Of a stretch of 64,000 nt of DNA, positions 48,942 to 61,513 are shown piece after piece. The DNA is from Toensbergia leucococca (Eukaryota): NCBI GenBank assembly GCA_022813965.1, contig JALDZS010000052.1, forward strand, positions 1 through 64,000, given 5' to 3'. The position numbers were made by a program, and so were the translations under genes. Position 1 is the stretch's first letter. Every line of letters starts with the position of its first letter. Under the pieces are notes generated by a model that saw nothing but the letters and a program-made list of their open reading frames with translations, did no database searches and was not told where the DNA came from.

Positions 48942-50049
48942 CTAATACACATTGGCAGTACGCTCTTGGGTGAATTGCATGGTAGTGATGTCGCTGTACG
49001 CGGCTGGTCGGTTTTCATCGACAAAGTATGGTAGTGGGCCGACCGAGGAATAGTGGTTTGCTTGGACGAAGAACGGAACCGAGTATCTTTTGGGGATGAC
49101 CTCGTCTCCAGCTTCGTTTTGGGTTTGCGGTGGCCCAACGACTCGGTGCAAGCCAGCGCGAATGACGTTGTTTGTAAGTCTTTGAAGGGATTCTCCACCG
49201 TTAATCAGCATCTCGGTGGTAGAATTACGTTTCACGGGGTAAAAGTTCCCAGGCTTCTTCTGGTCTTCCATCTCGAGTCCACCAATCTGGTCTTGGAACA
49301 GCATGGTGAGGACACAGAAGTCGGTATGTGGCCAGATGCGAGCGCTGGTGCCTGCTGTGACTCTCTTGAGTTCCAGTTCAGGGAAGTAGTTGAATCGAAG
49401 CTCGCTGTCACTCTTCATGACTTTTTCTGCGAGAGAATCCCTGGGGATTCCGAGACCCATCTCAATGGCGCGCATCAGCTCCACGCCCAACTTCTGACAA
49501 GTATCATAGTATTTCTCCATAAAGACGCGGAATCCTTTCATGCCGTTGGCTTCGGTCTCTTCAGGAAACTGATTTGGGAATTCTGGATTATCTACGCGTC
49601 CTTGATCAAAGTGCTCCTATAAGCACAGCATTAGCGTGCGACCACAAAAGTAATTCCTGAGGCGGATTACCTTGGCATCGGGGTCTTTCCCTTCCTTTTC
49701 TGCGAGAAGACCGGCGCTGTTCTCAACTCCAAAGGAGCTGTATCCTCGTTGAGGATCAACGTTGGGTACGTTTTCAATCTTGATCTTCTCTTCCATGGGG
49801 AGCTCAAAGAAACGCTTGCTCTATACAAGAAGAGTCAATGAATGTTCGATCTTCTCCTGACAATCATTATTCACTTACCCATCCAAAAAGCTCTTCGACA
49901 ACGTGGTCTTCAATGCCGTGGTTGACTAGCTTGACACAGGCGTGATCCAGCATCTCAAAGACCAGCTTTGAGGAGAACTCTTTGCGTTGTTCATCAGTGC
50001 CATGGAGGAAGAGGGAAGCGTCGAGGGTTGGTAGTAGAGACTCGGACAT
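48942..50049 (-). CDS. 2-oxoglutarate/Fe(II)-dependent dioxygenase (IPNS-like), ~331 aa, 2 introns
   Basis: KLVNHGI, PQRGYS, HTD...H facial triad (WPHTDF, AGLHRV) and RYS motif. Exons 50049-49879, 49820-49671 and 49616-48942 splice in frame. Confidence 0.93.
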
Positions 50050-50509
50050 TTTGAGGAATACAATGAGAGATTTCTGATTCTGGGAGGTTTGTGACTGTCT
50101 CGTGTCGAATGGTAAGGGAGCTGATATCGATATTGATTGATTGTCTCCATCGTTGGCTATGAAAGGTGCAATATATATCACGTACAACCTCGGGCCTTTA
50201 ACTGAATTCAGAAGATGTTTTGAGTGTTTCTCGGAATGATTCTAGTCTCGCTTTTTTAGGCTGATCGGTACATGTTTCTACAGCTTACTTCAGCTTCTAC
50301 GAGGTACCACCATACCGCTTTACCCCGCTCAACTGTACACTGGATCCATCGATCAGGGGGCGGCGGAATCCACTAAGCCGTGAGTAACGAGTTGAGAATA
50401 CCGGGTGAGGCTGAAGGCTACCAACAAGCTAGACATGCACGTTCGCAGCCATTTCCCAGATGAGACATCGAAATTAAGCATTATGCCCACTAGAGTCTAG
50501 CCGAAATTT

Positions 50510-51056
50510 AATACTGACGACACTCAACTCGCCCAGTCTGACAATAAGGATCGCGAACCAAACTTCATTAACTTCCCAAATGAGTCGGACAGCTTCTTGA
50601 ATTCTGTCTTACTTCCTGACTGAGTCTCAGACGTCCATCACTATTTCCACTGCCAGTCTTTGAGGCTGACGAGATCAAAATAGGCTCGTCAGCAATGCCT
50701 GAAATGGACTGCTTGAAATGACCTAAAATCAGTGAGGGTCAACCCAATTCGGGATATCGCGTAATCAGTAAATCCATCAACTGAAGCCAAGGAGATACAC
50801 AAGCCCTGTCTGGAGAGACCTCATACGCCACTGCTGACGTACAGAGTGCATTCTGACCACGGGAAAAAACTACTCGTCCAGCTCGCCTTCTTGCTGACTG
50901 ACCTCACTGCCGCAACCTCGAGAATGAGGCACGCCAGTCAACTGAATCAAGCCTCAAAAGGCGGCTGAGACACACTCGTCGATCCTTGCCTTGCCTGAAT
51001 GAACGAGCTTCAACACTAATCCTTCAGAAATGCCGAGACTGACGCGACGCTGACCG
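50510..51056. promoter_or_regulatory. Dense cluster of CTGAC/CTGAG motifs upstream of the first dioxygenase
   Basis: About 10 CTGAC copies in ~550 bp, including the palindrome CTGAG-t-CTCAG (50620-50630) and the inverted pair GCTGACGAG...CTCGTCAGC (50665-50693). Function is inferred. Confidence 0.4.
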
Positions 51057-52903
51057 AAATGCCTTGGAATACCTGCTGCCGTTGTCCTAGTCGATTCAAC
51101 AACTCTGTCCGGAAATCCGGAAAGATTACGCTTACACGCCACCAACATCAGGTTATCTCTCTACGGACAGCCAGGGACTTTGATCCTCACTTCTCGCTTT
51201 CCTTGCCTAAAAGAAGCCACCCGCATTCCCCTGAGCCCAGCTATCAGAAAGCCCCGTACTGAGAGCGATTCAACCACCCTGGCTCATAGAAGACGACATC
51301 ATCAGCATCGATCGTATGGAAAAAACACTCCATCACCCACCCATCATCAACCCTAGGCCGGAGCCTGACATCCCAGTCATAGCAAGAAAAACCCACGTCA
51401 TCCATCCCATTTCCCACAAAATCCAACATTCTCTTCTCAGCTATCGCAACACACGCTGATCGCCCCTCACCCCCCCTCATAAAATATCTGCCATCTCATA
51501 CCAACCACCCCACTCCCACAAAACCCCCCCAAAACTAAACCCTCCTATCTAAGTCCAACCCCCCGGAAACATCCCCATCCCCATTTTCCATAAACCCATT
51601 CACGCACCAACTCGAATCAAACAAAGCAAAGTTAAACCAAAATCAAACCCCCCACCCCCCCTAAATCCAATACCCCACCAAAAAACCCTCTCCTTTACAT
51701 TAATAGCTGTAGTCACAATCAAAAATCCTCAGCACCATGATCCCGCGTCCCTTTGACCTGCCGCACCTCATATCCATCTAACACAAAACAGAATAATTAT
51801 TGAAAAAAAAAATAATCGTTGCAATTTGCTTTAGTAAACAGTGGCTAATACGCTCGGATCAAAAAATGTTCCACTAGCCTCTCAACCATAGCAATAAAAA
51901 CCCCCTGATAAAAAACAAAAAGTCTTTCCGCCCCTACCTAACTGAGCTTTGATATCCCTAGTTGTACAAAACGAAGCCAGATGGTTTCCTACAGGTCCGT
52001 CATAAATTCCCCCCCAACTCCCCCTGCGGGGCTTCCTCGGCACTCGATGATACTTTGAAGTGGAAGGTGGCCGGTGTTGGGGCGTCAGATGCAGATAAAT
52101 TCATCACAAAACACCCCCAGCCGAAAAGGGCAGTACAAGCTCTTACCCGTATCCTTTTCTGCCATTAATTTCCCACAAGTTCTAAAAAACGCACAGGGGT
52201 ATATATAGACAAGGGGCGACTTTTTTCCCCATCATTTCTGGACACACTCCGATCACGTTAAACGCACGGATATGTGTTTTTCGCCATGGGGTTTTTGGCC
52301 GTCACCGGAGCTCTGTTGAGTTCTGAGTGGGAAAAGTGTGGGCTGCGAAATTCATGGCATGTTTTTCTCTTCTCATACCTATGCGCCCACCCCCCATAGA
52401 TTCTGTTGCCCAAGGCCATCATGATGGTAGTTGTAAAGGGGAGCCGGGGGTGGTGTTGTCAAAAGTATTGGAAATGATGCATCTGGACGTGTTGGGATTT
52501 ACCCTGAAAAGGGGGTGTGTTCGGAATAGGTATTCATGATGGCAAACCCCCCTTTTTAGATAAACGTAGGAGAAAAGGTACGGGGAGCGAAAAAAATGGG
52601 AATTCAAGCAAAGAAACGTTGTTCACCGCTTACGGATGCGACGAACGCCCCTCTCTTTCAGAGAGAAAATTGATAAAAAACCTTCATTATTTTTGCACAA
52701 AAAATCTTGATATAATCGTAAAAAATCTACCTGACAAAAAAGAAAAAGGGGGGGGGAAATTATACAAGGAACAAGGGAATGACTGTCTGCTTTAACTTAC
52801 CCCCACTTGGGGAGTGTGTATAATATTCTCCAAAAAGGCCCCTGCTCTCTGAAAAGAATATACAACGCTTTTCACCCTCCCCCCAACCCCCTCCACCATC
52901 CCT

Positions 52904-55900
52904 TCAATTCAAGCGCAAGAACCGCGATCGCTGTTGAGAAGGCGTTGGCAAGAATCCAACATCAATCAACGACTGCACATTCCGCCTCACCACATCCTTC
53001 ATGCGCGCCGTGCTATTCTTATCTTCGGGCGCCTCCTCGGATCCGATGCCCGAACTGCCCTTCTCCAAGATATGCATGACGGGGAACAGTGGATGGGCCT
53101 CGACACCGGTCTTGACGGCGGCCCGTATAAGCTCCAGCCACTCAACATACGGTAATGGTTTCAGCGAGTAGCCGAATCCGTGCTGCACGACGTCCCAGAA
53201 ATCGGCGAGGAGGAGCCCGTCCAGGATCTTCTTCACGACATCATCTTTCGTTTGTATGTCATCGTCCTGGCCTTCGAAGATGCCGGCGATGACGCCCTCG
53301 GCCACGTGATGCATATCCGAGACGAAAACCCACTCCGCGACCTCGTCGACGTTATAGGCTCCGACTTCTAGGCAACCGGCCACGAGGCGCCAGAGGTAGT
53401 CACTAGGGTTGGCGGATCCATGCTCGGCGTTGCCGACGATATAGCCAGGTTTGATGACCTTCAAGTTCTGCTCACGGAAGGGAGCCTCGCCAGCGACAGT
53501 CTTGACCATGAGCTCGCCGACGAGTTTGGACTGTTCGTAACCACCTCCGCTTATTTCGGCTTGCTTTGCCATCCGCACATCGTCGTCCTCGCTGGCAGTG
53601 AATTTCTGGCCACCGGTGACATAGACGAAGCTGTTCACTGTCTTGGAATTCGCTGTCAAGTGTAGCAACGAATGCGTCGAGTCCACATTCGTCGCCTTCA
53701 CGCTGTCGTAATCGAGGTTGTAGTGAACCGTAGCACCATTCTGAATGATGGCATGAATGCAAGATTTTCCAGGAAGCTCGCCGTCGACGCCGAAATACTG
53801 CAGCTGATCATCACTGAGCCCTAGATTTTCCTCGGCCATATCTCCCGGCCAAGCATCAATCCTTGATGCGTACGAGTTCTTCCACCACCCCTCCTCTCTG
53901 GCTTGTTTGATGATGCGTACCATAGCTTCACTTTTGGTAGGAGACCGGACCAGAGTTCGCACAGTGACATTTGGCATGTCCATGAGTTGGCGCAATATTT
54001 CCGAACCCAAATATCCAGTGGATCCGGTGAGGAATACGTTGCGAGTAGCAGAGGACACCTTGCGATCTTGCAATAGATCTTCGGTCATGCGCTCTGCTTC
54101 TTGGAGAACATCCACGCTTTTGGGTGGTTCCTCGGGTGATTGCCCGCTATCAGAACTGGGCTGATTGCGTTGGTCAACCAGGCGGGCGAGATCTCGAATA
54201 GTCACATGGGAGCTCAGAATGGTCGACATGGGTACTTTCGTGCCATACTCCTTCTGCAAGAAATTTGAGAGAGAGATCAGCTGAATCGAACCGACTCCAG
54301 CTTGCTGCAAGCCAAAGTCAAATCCTTCGAATCGCAGACGGTATGCCCAATCTTTGCCAGCTACCAAGTCTGCAACCTTGCGGCTGATCGCGATCCCCGT
54401 GACTTCTGAAGAGTCGAGTCGGCAGGATGATTCAAGGTCATTCGTCGTGGCCTCTTGAGGTGGTCTTGATTCCAGACCTGCGAGCCAACTGTTCACCCGA
54501 CGCTTTTGTAGTTTCAAAGAAGACGTGAGAGGCAAGCTGGTTACGACGAGAAGAGCTGTTGGAATCATGTAGGAGGGCACATATCCTGAAAGGTGTCTTC
54601 TCACCATCCCTAGGGTTAGGGATCCATTGGTGACGATGGTGATGGGCCGGTCGAGGGCAATCTCAGGCTGCAGTGCCTCGCGTAGCTGCACGATGGCAAC
54701 CAAGTCGCCTTTGAAACAGCCTTCGTTGGGAGCAGCAACCATCGAAACGGCAACGTCAGGCAGGTTGGCAAGGTGGTGTTCAATCTCTCCAAGTTCGACA
54801 CGCTGGCCATTTCGTTTGATCTGGCTGTCTTTCCTTCCGATGAAATCCAAAGCGCCATTCAAAGTTCCTGGGTTATATTTGAGGAGATCACCCGTCTTGT
54901 AGTATCTCTGGTAGGCTGGATTACCTCCTACCGCCCAAGGAGGGTCTAAGAAAAAGGAGGAGTTTGTCTTTGCCTCGTCGTTCAGATACTCACGCGCTAT
55001 GCTTGGCCCGGCAACTACCAGCTCACCGATTGCTCCGATCGGGACTAACTTTTCGTGGTCCTCTGGATCGACAAGCCACGCGATGCAGTTCAGAGATCGG
55101 CCCAATGCCTCTGGCCGGCTCTTACGAGCATCAACTTTGGTCTTCGCACAGATAAGTGTCTCAGCAGGTCCGAACACTTGAACAAGCGAAACCTTACCAG
55201 CCCAGCGCCTAACATTTTCCTGCTTGAGTGATTCGCCACCCACTATCAAGGTCTTAAGGGTGGGAATCGAATCCGGATCAATCAGAGCTGCAAAAGAAGG
55301 CGTCATGAATGACAGTTCGACCTTCATTCTGTTGATCACACCCACAACATCGAATTTCCGATCCTCTTCCGATGGAATGCAGATACAACCTTGGAAAGCC
55401 AAAGCTGTGAAGACATCGATAGCGGCAGGGTCCCAGGTGTAGGCGGAGAATTGCAACACGCGTGCATTCCACGCCGTTGTTGCACCGTGGGCTAGTGTGT
55501 GGGTAGACATGGACCCGTGTTCGTGAACGATGCCCTTTGGCTTACCAGTGGAGCCGGAAGTGAACAGGACGAATACTGGATCGTGTGTCTGCACCAGAGG
55601 GAGGTGGAATTCATTGACGAGTTCGTCTTGAAACTGCTCAATCGTCTTGGGGGATAACACAACCACGTGCTTTATCATCTTGGTGAAGGTAGGTGCGTGT
55701 GAGTTGGATGTAAGAACAATGTTGGCATTGACATTGTCGCAGATCTCCTTGAGTCTTGACGGTGGATTTGCCGGATCAAGAGGCACAAATGCACCTCCGG
55801 CTTTCAAAGTTGCCAGCATAGCTACCACGGCCCAGCGACTCTTTTCAAACGCAAACGGCACGAAGACACCGCGATCGACCCCAATGCTCAACAGATGGCG

Positions 55901-56968
55901 GGCGACGCTCGTTGAAACATTGTCCAGCTCGCGGTACGTAAAAGAGCCATCCCAAGCACAGACTGCTTCGGCATCGGGCACCAATCGTACCGAATCTTCC
56001 ACCAGATGATGCAAGCACTTTTCGCTGGCGAACGGAGGTTTTATATTCCAGGACTGTAATCTTTGCCTGTCTTCACTACTTATGAAATCTTTGGGCATGG
56101 CTGCACTGTTGCCCACCCTCGTCATAGACTTTAATATCGTTCGCAGCGTCTGTGTTACAGCAATAGCGAAATTCTCTGGGATCGCTGCCAAATTGAAGCC
56201 CAAGGTCAATTCCGTAGACGTGTCCAGTAGCTTCGCAATGAAGACCAAGTCGAACTAAATCAACCTCATTAGCCGTCTGTTTCAGAGGCTTTTGCAAGAG
56301 AAATAGAATGCCCTCGTATCCAAGATAGGAGAATATTGAACGAGAACGTATCTTACAGAATATGCCGACGGATCCTTGAGGTCAATCGCAATTGCAGTAT
56401 TCATTTGCTTCTCCTTGACCGCTTTAAGTGGCACAACTCGATTCGAGACTTCGCATATATCGCCGACATGATCTTGAGCAGAAGGGCCAAACTGACAAAC
56501 TATAGCCTTCTCAAACTCCCGGTCGGTGCTCTCGCCGTCAATTATCGCAAAAGCTACATGATCTTCTCGAACGTAGGTGTGTAAGAGAATGGCCCATGCA
56601 ACCTCCAAAAAGTGCATTCGAGATTGGAACGGAGGACTGGTCTCCGTTGCGTGATTTTGCAGTCGAGTGACATGTATCGTCGAGAAGCTAGCAGCATCCT
56701 CCACATGAAGCCTGACATAAGTGGGAAAGTGGCAGGGTTCGAAGGGTAGGCTTGAATCGACTTCCCTCACGCCCTCGACTTTGTTTGTTGTTTGGGCTAA
56801 TGCTTTGATTGCAGATGTGTCCTTGGCTAGAGGTCCTTTAGATTCCCATAGTCCCACTTGAGAGGTCTGCTTCTTGTTTGCTGATATTGCATCTCGCACC
56901 AGGCTCTCAATTGTGGCGAGTGACGGTAGAGGAGGTGCCTTAGCGGTGATGATGTCCATGCTGTCCAT
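52904..56968 (-). CDS. NRPS-like reductase: partial condensation-like N-terminus, adenylation, thiolation and terminal reductase domains (~1,320 aa, 1 intron)
   Basis: A-domain motifs FTYREL, LKAGGAFVPLDP, LFTSGSTGKPKG, FGPAE, GELVVAGP, YKTGDL, GRKDSQIKRNGQRVELGEIE and VPSYMIP. T-domain GVGSIQ. R-domain VFLTGSTGYLG and YEQSK. Intron 56356-56255 is phase 0. Confidence 0.93.
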
Positions 56969-58500
56969 ATTAAAACTAGAAGTCCCATTCGTGACAACAA
57001 AGAGAGGTAATAGAGTAGAGTATAAAGTCAAATGAGCTCAGTTGAGTCGTTAAGAAATACCCCCTTCATGGCAATGAAGATGTTGGCTTATTGATAAAAA
57101 TACGTCTGTGACGACGACAGATCTCCTAGCACATGCTGTGGAATTGAAGCCGCATTGATGTCACTTCGCATTGTATCCTCTAATCGGGGTGGAGGCCGTA
57201 CAGCTGCCAGGGGAAGCGCATTCAATGCGAAAGGTTGATTTGGGGCTCTGACAACACCGCTCATGACAACACCGCTCATGCTGTGCCATGTATTCCACAT
57301 ACAGACTACCTCGGCGCAAGGTTGGGTCCCTCAACCAAGCCATCTCGTCTTGCGGTTGTAAGACAGGGGTTAAAGGCGCGAAGGTGCAAGGGCGAGGGCC
57401 TCTGTCGGTATAATAGGCCGATTTGGGAGATGAGGGTTCATCCCTCAGAGTATCATCCTACCTAGTATGGCTTGTATTGTAGGCCCTCTGCTCTTGCAAT
57501 CAGCCTCTTGTCGCGTGCTCTCTGGCGTGATGCACGAAATGGGCGTTTTTTGGTCAGGCTTGGAAGATGCTAGCTCGTGGAGATCTGAGCCGTCTGCGGC
57601 AACGACCGAGGTAGGAAGAGGTATCCGAAGGTGACGTCGTAAATGTGCTCAGTAAAGATTTAGGGGACATGAAGCTATTCTCAAAGGACTGTTACCCAGT
57701 CTGTGCTTCTGATTGATATGAGCATGTGTGAATGGTCTGGGTCATTAAAATCTCACCTACTCGGTATTTTCTCCTCGATTCGATGCCCTAATCGAGAATG
57801 AAGGCGTGGTTTTCCCGAAGGCTGATTTAATCTTCAGAACCCGATCGCTTGACAATTCTGGTGATGACAGCTGAGGTCTCAGTCTGAATTTTGGGCTGAC
57901 GCTAACGATTCGCGTGTTATTCGTATTGTAGGCGCCATTTGACCCTGACTAAGCAAATCCTCGTTTATCATCCAGCCAAACTACGCTAACCTGTTCCGTC
58001 TCAAGATCTATTACCCAAAAGAGCAACCGAGTAACGTGCCGTCCCAAACCCAGATAGGCAACCAGCGAGAAACTATCGTCCACGGCCAAATCAATCACTG
58101 ACGAGACGAGTCTCAGGAGTCAAGACTATGAGGCCTGGTGACAGGCATGGTGACAGAAACACCTCTAACGCCGAAGCCTACTAGGTATTCAGTGAGACTC
58201 GGTATCTACCGTTCAGCCGGGTATACAATGGGTCTATCATGTGTATGCCATCACAGGCGTCATTGGCCATCTTCGCAAGTCGGTATGGAATTGGGGAAAA
58301 GAAAATGTCGTGGTGTTGGAGCAGGACCGCAAAGCATCTCCTCACCCTCAACATCGTATTAAAGGCAGGCGAGATTTTCAATTCTCCCATCATCCTCCCA
58401 TCCAAGTCTTGTTCAATTCAAAGCGTGAAGAATCTCAAAATCATAAACTTCCACATCGTTGTACATAGTCCCACACTTTGCATTTTCTCTCGCAACCGAA

Positions 58501-60053
58501 ATGGGTCACACCGCCTACAACGAGCCTTCCGGCGCCTTCGACATTCAAGCTGTACGCAAGCACTTTCCCACTCTTTCGAGATCATCCCAAGTCTTCTTCA
58601 ACAATGGAGCTGGTAGCTTGGCATTGGGCGAAATGATTGATGCGTAAGCAGTCCTTGATTGAGCCAGGGCCTCCGAGTGAGAAAGACCGAATGTTGACCC
58701 GATGCTTTTAGCCAAGCCTCCTTCCTCACCAACACCCGCGTGACAATGGGTTATACCGATAGGCGAAGTGTCCAAGCCTTAGGGGAATGGGAGCTCCTCG
58801 CAAAGGAGAGAGCGGAATTTGTGAATGCTTCCCCCGACGAAATTGGTAGGTCAACATTGTTTCCTCTTTGCCTAGCATGAGCAGTAGTCATCGCAAGAGC
58901 AGCCCCCGCTGTACCCGAGCTTTGTCGATCCTACGGCACCGATACAAGCATCTCAAGTCCTCTACTTCAATCATACCCTCTTCTAGTCACATTTCGCTCG
59001 TCTTTTGCTTCATGTTAAAAAAGCTTACCTGCTACAGCGTTTGGGTCCTCGACTACTCAATTATTCCGCAACCTCTCCCTCTCCCTGATGCCATCGATGA
59101 ATTCCGACTCTGAAATCATTGTATCGGAACTTTGTCACGAGGCCGGTATCACTGCTTGGGTTTCTCTTGCAAAAGCCCTGGGCATTACCATCAAATGGTG
59201 GTCGACGCCACAAAGCACCAACCCCCACCTTAGTTTAGAAACACTGAAGTCGTTACTCTCTCCCAAAACCCGTCTCGTTACTTGCGGCCATATCTCCAAC
59301 GTTCTCGGCACCATCAATCCCATACGTGCTATTGCCGACCTTGTACACACCATTCCTGGCGCTATGCTCTCTGTTGATGGCGTAGCATGGGCACCACATC
59401 GCCGCACCGATGTCAAGGCGCTCGGCGTAGACTTCTATACTTTCAGCTGGTATAAAGCATTCGGGCCACATGTGGCGCAAATCTATGCCAAGCGAAGCAC
59501 GCAGGATAAAGCAATGACGACTCTCAACCACTATTTTGAGGATCCAAACCCTCTAGAGATGAAGCTATGTCTGGGAGTCCCAGGGTTCGAAATTCAGTAC
59601 TGTTTGACACCCATTGTACGATACTTGAAGGCTGTGGGATGGGACAACATCGTTGCTCATGAGACGGAGCTGACAGAAATCTTGTTGAAATACCTAAGAA
59701 GTAAGCCAGACGTGTACACGATATATGGCGAGCCTTCATCGGACCCGGAATTGAGAGTCTCATTGGTAACGTTCCGAGTCAACGGGCAATCCTCGGAAGT
59801 AATGGCCAACAAGGTGATGGATAACTCGGACTATCAGATCCTATGGGGTCATTGCACCTCAAAGAGAGTGGTGGAACATGTGATTGGACTTGGTGACGAC
59901 GGTATTATGCGGGTGAGTTTGGTACACTACAACACGGTGGAGGAAGTGCAAAGATTTACGGAAGTCTTGGATGGTGTGGTGTGCAAGGAGTTGGCGGACG
60001 GCTATCGTCCCATGACAAACGGGGGCAAGGGCGGAGGAGAGCTTGGATTGTAA
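58501..60053 (+). CDS. Class-V PLP-dependent aminotransferase / cysteine-desulfurase-like protein (~430 aa, 2 introns)
   Basis: FFNNGAGS, FGSSTTQ, CHEAGITAW, HISNVLGTINPI, DGVAWAPHR, FSWYKAFGPH (PLP Lys) and RVSLVHYNT. Exons 58501-58643, 58712-58845 and 59038-60053 splice in frame. Confidence 0.92.
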
Positions 60054-61513
60054 GGCAGCATCGGATTGGCTGCTTTTCTATTGGAGTTATCAAGATATTA
60101 ATAGATCTAGGTAAATAGGAGACTACTCGATCATGTAGCCAAAACGTTTCTGAACTTTACTGGTTGGCCAAATGCCAGGGTCAAAATACTCAATTTCGAA
60201 AGTTGGTGCCACACTTCTAATCATTTGACCTTGAGGTTTCTCATCTTTGGTAATACTTTCAAAAGGGCATGGGAAACGTCGAGTTTCACAAAGCGTGTTT
60301 CTAGATAGAAAGGTTCTCAGCAGGAAGATGGACAGTAGGTGATGTCCGCCACAAGCTATCATTTACAAGAAACGAGTTTCCGTCATCTGAGTGCCTCAAA
60401 GCCCGAAATCAAACAGAACTGACCATGGGGTTGAACGCTTTTGATAGTATCCACACGAAGCCTTCAGACCTCGCTGAGGGGCAGAACACGTGACTTTCAG
60501 GAAAGTCCAATTAGGCCTTTACCCCAAGCACACGCTTGTTGCAATGTCTAGCGGGTGATTCCCTCATGGTTGGTTCTATTTCTGTCCGAGGTCCTGGGGG
60601 GAAAGCCTCGAGCGGTACCTTGGCTCGCTTGGTCGACCAAGAGACTGAAGAGAGAAGCCCCCGCTAGAAATGCAGCGAGTAACCCTAACAAGCGAGGAAG
60701 CAAAATTGGTTGTCTTAGTACGATAGCGTCCGGAGATACTCACCAATCAATCTACGAGAATCTCCCACGACGGTTCTGCTCAGATCATCCAAATCATCGA
60801 CCCCGAATGCAATTAGCGGCCGCTGTTGTGTGTACTCGGCTTTCATGTTCCGAGTATCATGTAAATAGATCTTGGGGGTAACTTTCCGCAAGCTTTTGAT
60901 GGGGGGATCAAAATTCTCATCGTTGTTGCAGGGGGATTGCGGGACTAACCTAGATAAGGAAATACATACATCCCAAGCCGGTTATGGAATAGCGTGCTAT
61001 GGACACCATGGAATGTCAGTCCTTCATTTTCCAACATCCAATCTCATTTCATTCCACGATTGTTCTTGAGTCTTGGACATGACAACTCTTCGAATAGGTA
61101 GTTGTGTTTTTTTCCAATTGTTGCAAGTTCTGCATTTTGAATGGTCCTCTCTCAATCTCTACCAATGGAACTCTGCAGGTGGCCGGCCAGGTCAAGAAAC
61201 GGAATGCTAATACTGCGGAGCACAAGGATTCCTGGTCTAGTGAAAACTTGATTTAAGACCTGTTGAATTCTCATTAACGCTTTCGAGGCCCGGGGGAACA
61301 ATTGACGGTCTATCGTTTGGTGAGATGTCGCAAAATCATCGGCCGTCAACTGTTTCCTCCGGCCTCGATTCGCATTTTCATTAGTGTCATGTTGAACCAT
61401 CATTGCTACCTATTTACTAACTGCCATCTTTAACTCTCTACCTGGTGATCTAACTTTTGTCTTATCTACATTGCTATTTCATCATATTACGTGATTAGAA
61501 CCCATTTCATACC

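Noticed and set aside
52904..56968. Calling the NRPS-like gene Lys2 (aminoadipate reductase) or the cluster a loline/peramine cluster
   Set aside because: The A-domain motifs look like secondary-metabolic NRPS type, not Lys2. It has one module, unlike the two-module PerA. No LolC/LolD/LolF-type genes are in the window.
60100..61450. Short ORFs between the PLP gene and the second dioxygenase, and those at 47500-48900 and 62700-64000
   Set aside because: No recognisable motifs or consistent splice structure; treated as intergenic.
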